DNA of 60,746 nucleotides, the filler included, from Sphacelaria rigidula (Eukaryota): NCBI GenBank assembly GCA_964200075.2. It is 10 parts of 10 records of this genome, joined end to end, with 100 filler letters (N's around TTAATTAATTAA, not from the genome) between each part and the next. Parts side by side here need not be neighbours in the genome. Positions count along the whole stretch, not along the records: positions 36,511 to 42,494 come from CAXNAA020023004.1; positions 42,595 to 48,578 come from CAXNAA020023005.1; positions 48,679 to 54,662 come from CAXNAA020023006.1; 7 more parts are not named here. The stretch is one strand, 5' to 3'. The position numbers and the translations under genes were made by a program. This document shows, piece by piece, positions 37,061 through 49,375 of this stretch; the stretch's first letter is position 1; each line of letters starts with the position of its first letter. The notes beneath the pieces are model-generated. The model had not been told where the DNA came from and did no database searches. It was given only the letters and a program-made list of their open reading frames with translations.

Positions 37061-37225
37061 CTGCGAAACGTTGATGATGGCAGAGATAACATGCGTGTCC
37101 AACCTGTCCACGTGATTGGCCAGCACACTTCCACGGTGATAAGTGCGGACTCCATAGCACGATGTAGGTTTGAGCTTCAACCCCGACCACTCCTCCATGA
37201 GGGGCTCCAAGTCCTTGTACAGCCG
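37061..37225 (-). CDS. Exon of a 2OG-Fe(II) oxygenase-like protein
   Basis: RLYKDLEPLMEEWSGLKLKPTSCYGVRTYHRGSVLANHVDRLDTHVISAIINVSQ contains an R-x-Y-x-x-G...HxD motif. Bounded by TGCAG| and CAG|GTGAGA; 165 nt. Confidence 0.8.
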
Positions 37226-37964
37226 CTGCAGAGAATATCCAAAAAATGACCGGGAGTACAGCATGTGAAAAAATCCCTCGTGTGCCGTTTTCGATAGTCA
37301 GGAAGGTCTTATCGATGGATCACTGGGCAAAAATGAGGGGAAAACAGAACTCCTTTGCATGTATGGATGTAATATCAGCACACCGTGGACAATGACAATA
37401 TATGGTCAATATGTGCAATAGACGAAAAATGTTATGGTTAAAGAATAGGCCTACTGCAACAACTATCGGTAAAGGTTGTGGATACGAGTCATGGGTTGGG
37501 AGAGGCCATGAAAAACACCGTAATTTATCGTCGGAGGTGGTGTTCCGAGACAGAGGATGAGCTGTTCCGACCTCTCACCTGCCTGCTTGAAAAGCGTTTC
37601 ATTCAATTCATGCTTGAAAAATTACAAGGGTCTTACAAATCAATAGTTCGTCTAGAAATTACTTGGTTTTAGTGTAATCGATTCGAATTGTACGAATCAA
37701 TCCTTAGGCTTTGTTTTCAGCGTCGCAACCCAGGTACACGCAGCCCAGACACGTGGAATGGCGCAAAAGTTGCGTGGATACCCTTTGGACCAGCGATCAA
37801 CTTTTTTCTCCCTTTTGTGCAATCAGGTCGAAGAAATCAGGGGTTTGGTGATTCGAACCCGTGACGATTCGTCCTCACCGTGAAAAATTACTCATTTTTC
37901 CTGTAGACTGGCGCTGAATTCGGGGTCTTCGGGGAGCTGAAGGTTCCAGATGTTCGCACGGAGC

Positions 37965-38128
37965 GCGCAGGACACGTTTTGCCCCAATCGGCGCCATCGC
38001 CGATTTGAGCTTAGCGCCGACCGAAGCTTAACCAACGAACACCTTCTCTAGGACACCATACCCCCCCACTTGCTCGAGGGTTCTCGGTATGCCTTGCGTT
38101 GGAGCTAGGGTTAGGGGCCAGGGTTCGG
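37965..38128 (-). repeat. Copy of the dispersed element with an adjoining degenerate telomere-like tract
   Basis: GAGGGTTCTCGGTATGCCTTG followed by GTTGGAGCTAGGGTTAGGGGCCAGGGTTCGG. Confidence 0.7.
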
Positions 38129-39659
38129 ATTTATCGTCGGGGTTCTACAAAAAAACGTATCTTCAACTATGGATACATTGTCGACCAGTCCGTGTAAACC
38201 TGCCTTGCTTCAAGTTCAGCAATTGATAGTTTTCGTAAGGGTGTCAGGGTTGGGGTCTGACTCTCAGTGGAAGAGTTCAACCCTTCGACCAAGGCAATTT
38301 AGGCATCTTGATATCAGTGAGAGCAGCAGTTAATATATTCAAATCAACATACGCAAGTGGTGCATTCGCACTATTAAATTGTATGAACTCGATATGAACT
38401 GCCTCGCGGCCATATCGGTCAATTGACCGTTTTAGCGCCCGCGACTTGCCTGCTGCGAGTCCTCACAGTCCCGTGGAGGATGACAATATTGCAGACCAGG
38501 ACCATCTAGCTGGACATCCGGATGCTAAAAAAGATTTCGCGTATTTCGTGTATCGACTAACAGCATCGCAGCAGCCTGACATGGTTGAGCAGCTAGGGCG
38601 GGGTTTGGGTGTAGTCTAGCTCGTGTTCTGGGCACCTTACAGAGAACAGGGTGGCTGGACCATGTACTCCTCTCCGCATCCCGCTGGCGGCACAGTTGAT
38701 GCTTACAGCAGCGGAGATGCAAAACGCAATTGCAGAGCAGCTACTGCTACTGGTAGTGTGCAAACATCACGAGCAGGGGGCACCAGAAAGTGGATGACAA
38801 TAGCCTAGCGGGTCCGGACCCCCCTTGTTTGTATGTAGGCGTTGTCTCTCTGGCAGCAACAACGATTCTGAACTACCCTGCGGAGAGAAAAAATATATAA
38901 AAAACGGCCTGCTGGCTCATGGACGCTGAAGGGGCCAACCACAAACAACAAACGTAGTACATAACGATGACAAAAATATTGTGCACGACATCAGGGTAAG
39001 CAACGGCAGGTGACATTGCGCGGAATCTACGCAAGCATGCATGGGTCTACAGTAACGGACACATGCACGTCCACCGGTACCCCAGATTTTTGCTACAAGT
39101 CGATGTTCCACACTAACAGAGGGGAAACAACATCAAACCGAATAAAACACTTTTGGGTTAGTTCATGCCTGGCTGCAGCGGATACATCGAGAAATTATTT
39201 TAATCCTTGAAGTTCCATCAGTGAAGAGATGGAATTTCCGTTCACGTTTATGGTTTTCCCTCTATCTACTGGATTTATCGAGCGTACGTGGATACTTCCC
39301 GTTTACCCATTCGTGAGGAAGTCCCGCAGTGCGTTGTGGTTACCCTGGCAGCACTGCGCGCGAACAGGGAGATCTTGAAGCGTTGTGTACGTGGTTTGCG
39401 GAGCATTTTCGGTGCGAGAAGTTTCCCGGACTTTCCGCTGGCGCCAAGGATTAGCCCTACGTAGTTTAAACTTATTTTGAACACGACAAACACACGAAAT
39501 GCTCTTAGAAGGAAAGGGTACACCGAGCCTGAGCGTACGGAGAAATGATTATCCCGCTGTAGCCTCCCAGTATGTGTGCGTGTGGATGGTGGTGTGGCGA
39601 TCTACTTCCATGATCAACGGGAAATGACAATTGACTGAAAACAAATAGCGATTCACCAA

Positions 39660-39720
39660 CCAAAAGCAGCAGCAGCAGCAGCAGCAACAACAAACAACAA
39701 CAATGAACACTGACAATAAC
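39660..39720 (+). repeat. (CAG)n/(CAA)n microsatellite in an intron
   Basis: Directly visible in the sequence. Confidence 0.9.
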
Positions 39721-39745
39721 AAAGGATGGTGATATAAAAACTCAC

Positions 39746-39916
39746 TTTTACGATATGAGGCGGCGCGTAGGTCATAGAAGAGGCGACCTTCCAATGGTTG
39801 TAGTACGTGTTGTCAGAGGGCCACTTCTCCACCATCTTCTCATCTTTCACGGGGGTGTACCACTTCATCAAGGCGGCCCACGTTTCCGCGGGAAGCGGCT
39901 CCTTCTTGTAACCCAC
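39746..39916 (-). CDS. Upstream exon of the same 2OG-Fe(II) oxygenase-like gene
   Basis: VGYKKEPLPAETWAALMKWY...EKWPSDNTYYNHWKVASSMTYAPPHIVK. Bounded by ATAG| and |GTGAGT; 171 nt, phase 0/0, joining in frame to 37225. Confidence 0.75.
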
Positions 39917-40099
39917 CTATTATTGGTCACCATCGAGGATTCGAATTCACTGAGAAATGGACATGCAGTTCGTACAGTAAGCACGGTTTTTCGCGCCATG
40001 GGTATGTGCCAAATGTACGGGGATACCACGGGATCAGTCGACGTGCGGCAATGAACCATTCAATCGTATCAGTCGTTTTATCAAGGCTATCGCGCCTTA

Positions 40100-40577
40100 G
40101 GCCGCTCCCTTTAGCAGACAAGAATAAAAATCTGGGAAAGTGCCTTTTTGGAGCTTTTACCTCGTTTTACGCCCCAAAAGAGAGCTCGGCGGAGTTCGAC
40201 TCCTTGGAATGACTCGCTCTAGTAGTTGAGGCGGTTCCAGGACATCTTCCCGTTTTCCGGTGGCCGCAGTTTTCATTTTGGTCAAACAAGAATTTTCGTC
40301 CAAGAACGGTAAAAAACAGTCAAATCTCGGAAAAATCGCCACTTTTCTCTGCACTTGACGGTATTTTACCGCACTTGGACAAAAATTCTTCTTCGGCCAA
40401 ATGACAACTGCGGCCACCGGAAAACGGGAAGATGCCCTGGAACCGCCTCAACTACTAGAGCGAGTCATTCCAAGGTGTCAAACTCCGTCTAGCTCTCTTT
40501 GGGGGCGTAAAACGATGTAGAAGCTCCTAAAAGGGACTTCTCCAGATTTTCACTTTTGTCTGTTATAAAGAGCGGCC
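40100..40577. mobile_element. Foldback MITE family B, second subfamily
   Basis: Ends GGCCGCTC / GAGCGGCC with flanks TTA and GTA. The long arms are colinear with 25062-25512. Confidence 0.85.
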
Positions 40578-41007
40578 GTACTAATCGAAGAAGCAAACTG
40601 GAACATGACGCACCAAAAGTTAACAACCCCTGAATTGTTCAAAGTGTTGAAACATCTTGACGCCATCATTTAATTTTCAGAATTGTTACTTCTTCCGCCG
40701 TTCATGCAGATGTCCTTCTCACCTCAGTTTGATGGATACCTCGAGATGTTGCGTGTGCTGGCCCTACGGCGTAGTGTGTTTTAGTGCGGTGTGTCTTCAC
40801 GAGACGCACTCGATTCACCATTGGATTTAGTTTTTCCTCTTCTTCCACTCATACTTAAATTCAAACCCACTGTTCCTCCTCGGGACGGATCCGTATTCTC
40901 CGGAGATCAACCCATCTCTCTCCCGGTACCTGACGTAGGTTTTTGTAATAGAGGACTGGACCGGCACTTCTGCACCCCGTCCACTCTCGTAATTTTCAAC
41001 GATGATC

Positions 41008-41108
41008 AGCCCTTTGACCGCAAGGGTAGGTCATGTGATCATAGTCATTTTTCAAGTGACATTGATGCCAATTCAACAGATGCCCTGTACACGCGGTCGA
41101 AGGGTTAG
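41008..41108. mobile_element. piggyBac-like MITE of about 100 bp, degenerate copy
   Basis: CCCTTTGACCGC...GCGGTCGAAGGGTTA with the internal TTTTTCAAGTGA..TTGATGCC.ATTCA motif also seen at 51770-51800. Confidence 0.65.
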
Positions 41109-41293
41109 GCCGTGTCTCAACGACACCAAAGACAGGAAGCAGGAAAAGGAAACAAAGCGTCCAAAAGATCAGTCGTCGTAACCGCAGACCCTCCCGGGTA
41201 TGAATCAACATGCTTTCGGACCCTTGTTCTTCCCCGCTTCTTTTTTTGGTCTCGATAAGACACAACCGTGGGGTAGGGTCGGATAGGGCACAA

Positions 41294-41547
41294 AATACAC
41301 GCGGGTACTCTAAAACATACTGAACATGTTTTCTGTCCATACTTCAGGTATTCCACGAATACACGTGGATACTCTATAGCATACTGAACATGTTTTCTGT
41401 CGATACTTCAGGTTTTCCATGAATACACGTGGGTACTCTATAGCATACTGAACATTTTCTGTCAATATTTCAGGTATTCCACGAATACACGTGGGTACTC
41501 TATAGTTTACTCAACATGTTTTCGACGATACTTCAGGCATTCCACGA
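41294..41547 (+). repeat. Tandem repeat of about 64 bp, four copies
   Basis: AATACACGTGGGTACTCTATAGCATACTGAACATGTTTTCTGTCGATACTTCAGGTATTCCACG-like units start at 41294, 41358, 41422 and 41484. Confidence 0.92.
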
Positions 41548-44500
41548 TTCTCACCAGTGTAGGCAGTCTATTCCCTGCGTGCTCCACACGTCGGATACCT
41601 CAATATTACTTGATACTAGTGTACTGTTTCGGATCATGATGTAGCTCATTTGGTCATTTTTTTCCATATTTGCTCCCCACAGAACTGGACGCCGAGCATG
41701 CGGAGTAACAAAAAGGTAGTACTTTGACTTCTCGGACCCTGCTGTCACGTGTCTCATGTGTTTTTGGACAAGGGATCTGAGAGTCCTCTTTGATTGCTTA
41801 TTCAAGGTAGATCATCAGCTGTCTGAAGTGTGCAAAAAATCTCTCAAAACCTGGGGTGTGTCACGTACGTCAGGGTACGTACTACCTTTGAAATTTTCAG
41901 TTGCAACACATGACCTGGATTTTTCGTCACGGTATACCTCAACAGTGGAAACCGATACTGTCGTGAGCAATCAAAATTCCATTTGACTGTCGAACACGGA
42001 GAGGGACGGTCGAACCATTCTTGCGATTAAAAAGAAAATCCGGCAAGCACCGCAACAGGAAGGTGGAGTGCTAAAAAATAAAAATAAATCCTGCGTGATC
42101 TTCCTCTTGTATGTGACCCCGGCTGAGGATATAGGCGTCCAGGATAGATTTTACTGATTTTGATTGATTGTCGCGCTTCAACTGACCCCCCAGGGATCCA
42201 GTCGTGGTAACATGGTGGACATACCCCAGACAAAGTAAAAACGAAACGTTCGCTGAAGAAAAAGAAACAAAACAGGAACGGTAGAACAAAACAACAGAGT
42301 AGACTAAGAAAAGACAAGACAACAGAGAAAAGAGAAAAAAAATATCTACAAATTGCCGGCCTCTGCCGCATCGCTTGGTTATGAGATACCACACTCATAA
42401 CCAGCGGTCGTGAAAAAATAAAAGGTCGTGGGAAAAGATTGCAAGGGTCGGACAAATCAATGATTCGTCTGGAAATTACTTGGTTTTAGTATAANNNNNN
42501 NNNNNNNNNNNNNNNNNNNNNNNNNNNNNNNNNNNNNNTTAATTAATTAANNNNNNNNNNNNNNNNNNNNNNNNNNNNNNNNNNNNNNNNNNNNGAGGGA
42601 TGGGACTTCAACCTCATTTTATGTTTCAACCCCAAAAACTAGGATCGGCTATTAAATGATCCATCCCCAATTTTTCAGATCCCGTATTCACCTCTTTCGA
42701 GTAGAGAAATTGATGTCGTGAATTCAGCATTGTACAAAAAGGGTGGGGGCCGAGTACCTGCTTGGACACTGTACCACGACGGAACCGTTAATCTGAGATG
42801 AAGGAGTCCCCCGGTGTCCAGTAGGTCAGTCACTGCTGGTGGGTGAGAGAAAAGCCTACCCACTCCCATCAACTCGTGAGCGCTTTCTTGGCTTTTTTTC
42901 AGTGGGTCAGCTCTTTTTGCGAGTCATACACTACCCAGGATTGGTGTAATCAATCAGGGATGTCTAAGCGCCGTTACCATCGGAAAATGGTCACCGGCTA
43001 TTCTCGGTGGTTTCTGTTCCCAGTGTAACTGAGATCCCGGGACGACATAGCACATGCGAAAGCACTCGCTATGATCTGAAAGGGCGTGAGAGATTTTTTA
43101 TCCAAACAATGAGGCTTTTCCCCCCTGAATAACAGGTTTTCCCAATATTATTAATTCAATGGCGAGCTTTTCCCGCGGTCATCTCCAGCCCCGAAATCGT
43201 GCAGTTTTCTCGTCTTTGACGTGATATGAGGCTGATGGCATAGAAACTTGAGTGAATCACTCCCGGTATGAATTGAGCTGTGTCTTTCCTCGTCTTGCAT
43301 GAGCAGCGCGCACAAAGCAAAGGAGGGGAGTGTTACGGTGGATACCGACTGTACATGTAGTAGGTGTTGTTTCGAAGTGCACATGGCATGTACAGTGGGT
43401 TCTATTCCATTGGCATATTAACACGGAATCTTACAAATTGGGGATGGATCTTTCATGTATCGCTCTGCTTCGCATCGCGCTTCCAATTTTCCTACCCTTT
43501 CTAACATTGGAATGTAATAGAAAAGGGACAGAATAGACAGACGCCTTCAATGAAGAGCGATGAGATTCGCCTTCTTTCGCGGCATCTGAGCCGCCGGCGT
43601 GAAGAAGAGAGAGTGCTAGAGCTGTAAGGGCCCTGTGTAACGAAGAGGATTCCCCTTTTTCACAATCCCCTTTAACAGGGGATTGGCCCCATAACGACCA
43701 GTCCCCAGTCCTATCGACAAGCAATTTTGTACAGATTCGAACCCAGATTTGCACGCAGGTTGAGAAATGCGGCGGGCCTGGAAGTGGTCGATAGTCCAAG
43801 CAGGTCCAAGGTCTGTGTAACGCTGCAGACAAGACACAACAAGGCAACACAACACCTACGCACCCAGCCTCGAAAATAACGCACAGACACCCAGCACTCA
43901 CGCGCACTGGTTTCACTGCGAGGCCTTGCTGATCTACACACGGCAGTCTTTATTTGACAGAAATCCGTTCTGTATTGGACGAATGGCGGCTACAGGCGTT
44001 TCAAGAACAATCGAAAACGTGTCGTTGCTGACCGTTTTGTAAGCGTGTGCTGCGCGCGCGTCTCATACAAATCATATTTTTTTCTCAATAAATTCCGAAC
44101 AGATGTGAGCAAGGTCACGCACAACGTGCACAGCTGATAAGCAGCTACGGCTCGATTCGCTATCAAACAACGTACACACAACGACTGTTGTGTGTACGCT
44201 CAATCTCAGCGGAGACCAAGCCGTCTTCGCAAGGTCTAAACACCCCCCAGAACAGTGATAGCTACAGCTCATAGAGCGGAAGTGGGTGTGTTTGTGCTGC
44301 AGTACAGTGAGACAAGACACGTCCAATGTTTAAGTTCTTCGACTGATTTTAAACGGGCCCTCGCTGTTCGCAGGGTGCCGATGTTGAACGCTCGGACGTG
44401 ATCGCCCTTCGCGCAAATGATTGTAGTTGAAATTATCTCTATGTATGGGCCCTGTGCCTGAAATTTGTGACGCGGCACATGGTCACTCGTGTACAATACA

Positions 44501-45242
44501 AACAGTCTGTACTGTCTGCACCGCTTGCAAGCAGGGTGTCTTGAGTGCGTGTGTGCGTGTTTCGTTCAGGAGGATATGAAGGAGAAGCGGGCAACATGCT
44601 GTGCAGAGAGCCCAGAACTATCAATCCTCCCTGCTTACAATGCGACGTGAAGAGGACTTCAGCAACGTGCAGCTTTGTACAGACTGCACTATCCATGAGC
44701 GTGCACGCAACTCGGTTGCCCACCGTACCATGCAGTTCTGTCGCTGATGCTCATCATGAGAGACGACGTGCAAGTTTTCACCAACAAAAAATAACAAAGC
44801 ATACCCAGGTACTGCAGTGTATCTATCCACAAGTGATAGTGTGCTGTCCACCCCCCCTGTCCGGGTACCTCCTCCCCTGTCCGAGTACAGGCTGTACTCT
44901 GCAAGCACAGAGAGTGCAGTAGTGACGGTGTCATACTGTATACAGTCTGTCTACAGGTTCTAAAACTAGAGAACACTGCAGAACTGCCGTGTTATCTGGT
45001 GTTCAGTTTAGTACTCTGCATTTCATATACCACTGCAGAGTTGTCTTGTGCTGAGTGTACTACCCTGTACTCCAGATAATGGGATCATGTTTTGAGTGGT
45101 TCTTGAAAAGTTCTGTCTGTTTTTTCAAAAGTTCTCGTTTTTTTTTTCAAGTATTCCGAAAAAAACGAGAGTGTTTTCTGCCACAGAAATCTAGTGCCGA
45201 ATCTGGAATAGCCTGAGATAACAACCAACTCGAAAATTAAAA

Positions 45243-45645
45243 CTGGGGATGAGAATCCGGAGAATTAAAATCTTCGTATCCACACCAACGCTTCAAAGTA
45301 TGGTTCCATTTCCTCACCTACTGATAGCTATTGACAACTGCTACACGCCATAAAAATTTGGATTTCGATCATCGAAATGTTGAGGTTCTAAGTGAAAAAC
45401 CAGCGGTGGGGAATTCCGGGTGTCCGAACGGACGCCAAAATAGTTCCGAAATTGGTTTTTCACCCAGGACTCCAACATTTCGGTGATCGAAATCCAAATT
45501 TCTATGGCGTGTGGCAATTGTCAACAGCTACCAGTAGGTGAAAAAATGGAACCATGCTTCGAAAATTTGGTGTGAGTACGGAGATTTCAATTCTCCGGGT
45601 TTCTCGTCCCCAATAAAGGATCCATTCCCAATTTGTGAGATCACA
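45243..45645. mobile_element. Foldback MITE family A, second copy with the left tip missing
   Basis: Shares the arms and the loop GGGAATTCCGGGTGTCCGAACGGACGCCAAA with 7788-8232. Confidence 0.88.
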
Positions 45646-46285
45646 TGTCTATTGGTGTCGTGTTCCAATCAGACGTGCTCAGTCGGGGCCCGGGCCTACC
45701 ACAGCTTTCCAGCACCTAGCAACTTCGGCTCTAGCTAACCAGTAGCCCAGCCTAATAACAAAAGCTATCAGCCACACTTGCAGACATCCCGCTTGCAAGC
45801 AAGTCAAGAGCAACTCTCTGCACGTGAAAGTGAGTCCCTGCTTGGCCTTATGATGCAGGGCTGGTCGGACTCAAGAGTCTGTTAGCCCACGAGCTCGAGA
45901 ATCACTCCTCTCGACTGCGATCGTCCATTGCGGCCAGCCGCTGGCTTCGTGCCACCCCTGGCCTGGTATGTTCCTTGAGAGTGATACCAGTATTACCTTG
46001 TGACCAGACCACAACACAACGAGCTAAAATTTTGGTCCTGCGCGGCAATGTATCACGTATGTCGTCGAAGGTAGATGTTATCCCTGCCTTCTATTTGTAT
46101 GAGTCAGATGTACCTGTTCCCCACCTTCGATTGAGGGAGCATAAATCATGAGTACGTGTTCTCCACCTTTCATTCGAACGACATGAATCACAGGTACATG
46201 TTTGTCCCACTCCATTCATCCAGCATGGTCGTCCGAAAATGTCTCCTCGAAAATGAGGTTCAACCTGCGCTTGGGTTTCCGAAAT

Positions 46286-47188
46286 GGGCAATATACAAAA
46301 AAGGGTACACCTTGGTGCTTTTGGAGCAAAAAAGTGTAGCGCATGTTTCGCTTTGGGGCGCGGCGCTGCACGCTGGCTAAACACCTCGAAAACACGTTCC
46401 AGCGCCAGCGCCTCCTCTGTTGTGGTCGGAGGGTGCGTGATTTATTGCGATTAGAGGAAGACAGCTGGTTGTACAGTCTACGGCGTTGGATTCTGGCGTT
46501 CTTGCTCCAATCCGAAATCCGGTCGGTGACCATCTCCGTTTCCCAGCGGCAAATTGCAGCTCCGGCAACGGTCTGACGTTGCCGCCCCCGCAAGATGCCG
46601 TTCGGGCTGGTGTGTCGGTAAGATGTTCACCCCTGTTCGTTGGATCTTCGTGAGGTCCGGCACACGAGGGACCTGTATGCATCGTTGGATCTTCCGGGTC
46701 TTCGGGCCGACCAACAGGGGCGCTACACTCTTCTGATCGTTAGGTTTTGGCCTTTCTTGGCGGGGTGTAGTTTTACCGACAATGGCTATTGTTGTGACTG
46801 CTCGGCGTGACTTGCGCTGAGGCGGCGATATGGTCACCACTTTACAAAAAAGGGTCACCACTTGACAGAAAAGGGACAACAGTAGAACAAAAAAAGGTAG
46901 ACATAACTTCTTAGCAGAGGGCAGGGTGTACCCTCCTGTTTTGCTTACAAAAAAGGGTACTCTCACAGGCTCTAATTTTCGGCGCGGTAGTTCAGCCCAG
47001 CAACATTTGTGAAGGTGAAAACAAATCGTCGGGTATGCTGCCCAGGGACCTTGGGCGTTGGGCTGGGGCGCTGGAACGTGTTTTCGAGGTGTTCAGCCAG
47101 CGTGCAGCCCCGCGCCCCAAAGCGAAAAATGCGCCACACTTTTTTTGCTTCAAAAGCACCAGGGTGCCCCCTTTCTTGTATATTGCCC
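46286..47188. mobile_element. Non-autonomous Mutator-like element (MULE), 903 bp
   Basis: TIRs of about 120 bp (GGGCAATATACAA... / ...TTGTATATTGCCC) flanked by a 9-bp duplication TTCCGAAAT / TTCCGAAGT. Confidence 0.85.
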
Positions 47189-49189
47189 TTCCGAAGTCTA
47201 TGCCGGAATAGTTTGAAAAACGAAAGCAATATCTGAAAGTTTATTTCTGTTGAAATCTAAGCAGGTGGGGCGAGGTGTACCCGATGAATACGGCGTACTC
47301 GTGTGTCGATGAGGTGGCCACCGAAGGAGAAATGGCGGAGAGGAAGCTCCTCGTCCCTTGTCCTTTGCGTGCCTTCGTTCGGGGATTCACAATCGTTCGA
47401 GAGATTGGCATCATTATGATCGACTGTTCTTTCGGAGACGGGAAAAAAATTCAGACTTCGTGGACTCGGCGTTCAGACTCCTCCGAAAACGAAGCGGCTT
47501 AGCTTTTCTCCAAACTTTCATTACTGGAGGCGCCCGAAAAAATGTAGATGCAACGTAGCACTTCGGAGAGCTGCCCTGTGTGTACGCCGTGGCGCTCGCG
47601 TGCGTTCCAGAGTCATCAGGTACCTTGAAAGTCCCGAAAAATTCGGATATTTTCCTGAAAAAAGGGGTAAAAAATAATGGAGTAATGATGGCCTTATGAG
47701 CGTGGACATTGTCTTCTGACATTTCCGAAAAATCAGACAGTGATTACTCTCTCGAAAGCTTGTGAGTGCCACGGCAGACACAGGGCAGCTCTCCGAAGTG
47801 CTGGGTTGCAGTCCTGAAAGGAAGTTTGCTGCATCACGTCTGAACGTCGCGAGTGTGGTACAGTACAGCCCAGCGTGAAGTGCGCACAACTTTTCTGGTC
47901 AACAAACCACCCAAGTTGCAGCCCAATAACGGAAAGACAGAAGTGAGTCACACATGGCGTAGATGGGATTACTTCACGTTGTAAAAAGCACAGAGCCGTG
48001 CTACGATAGGGATTGGGGGGTGTTCGATTCCACGACTGAATGCGCTCCTATTACGGAGGAACATAGTAATTGACTCCAAATTAGTAAAACCCATAACTTC
48101 GTCAATGCGGGGTCTCTTCCCACAAACCGTGGTGCAAATTGACGGCAATACACGTAGCTTTCATCGTATTCATGAAAAAAATGAACAAAAGTGGCGTCTT
48201 CGAGTAATCATAGGAATTTAGTGTGTTTCGGGCCTGGTGGTGGCGCAAAAAACTTAGGCACGGTGGGCAAGTGATGCTACTCAAAGTGTGCACGAGCGAT
48301 GGATTATTTTCATCAACAGGGTGATGAAGCCATCTCAAACGCAAACGATTAAGCAATAAAAGAGCTTGCACTCAAGGTCGTACCTTATGTGCAGCACACT
48401 TGGTATCGTTGGTGGTGAATCAAAATTGAAAAATATCTGCCGCAAAACCGGGCAACTTTTGTAAGCATTTTGTTTTTCAGCCTTCAATGGCATCTTCCCC
48501 GTCGTCACCCAGCCACTCATCCGTCTGCTCCTCCACCCCATCCTCTATCTCGTCCTGGATCGTAGCCTGGAGGTACTCNNNNNNNNNNNNNNNNNNNNNN
48601 NNNNNNNNNNNNNNNNNNNNNNTTAATTAATTAANNNNNNNNNNNNNNNNNNNNNNNNNNNNNNNNNNNNNNNNNNNNATGTACCGAAAGGTGTAAACTG
48701 GTGCCCAGAATAAATAGGACGAAAACACACACACACACACGCACACACAATTTCGATCGAAAATTGATGTGCTAAGACACGACCTAGCTTGAGCCATCGG
48801 GGCGACGGGCTTCACCCTCAAATCAATTCATGATGTTCCGGGAAATTTCTAATTGACCAAGCGGCAAACACTGCTGGCGAGAAGAATCATGAAACAAGGA
48901 CAAGGAACCTGACGTGTGGTGTGCTTACGTACTTGCGTACGATTCTACTCGCCTGCTCAGACGTGCGGACAGTTTCTCTCCGTATATCGTACCATAACCG
49001 TAGCATATGTTATATGTTATACCACCGTATGATATGACGTATGTGATGTATTGATCATATATGCGTATCTACATCGATCGGTGTTTTTTCGCGACATTAT
49101 ATGCTTATATGATACCATTCCACATCATGTCATATCACATATGATACTGTGGTATGTGATATGATACCGACCACGATGATCCACCCACG

Positions 49190-49375
49190 TTAACCCTCCA
49201 ACCGTCAAGGTGGGCTCATGGTCACGTTTGAAATGACAGCGATGCTGGTTCAGCAGATGACCGACCCGGCCCGTAGGGTTGACCGCCAGCGTGGATATAT
49301 TGCTGAATCGGCATCGCTTGCAATCAAAAAGTAAGCAGGACCTGGATGATCCACCCCGGCCCTGAAAAGGCCTAA
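49190..49375. mobile_element. Two adjacent, oppositely oriented degenerate piggyBac-like MITEs
   Basis: TTAACCCT...AGGGTTGA, with internal GATGCTGGTTCAGC followed by GCTGAATCGGCATC. Confidence 0.6.

Noticed and set aside
45657..46015. Possible solo LTR (TGTCGTG...CACAACA)
   Set aside because: There is no matching 4-6 bp TSD and no second copy in the window.
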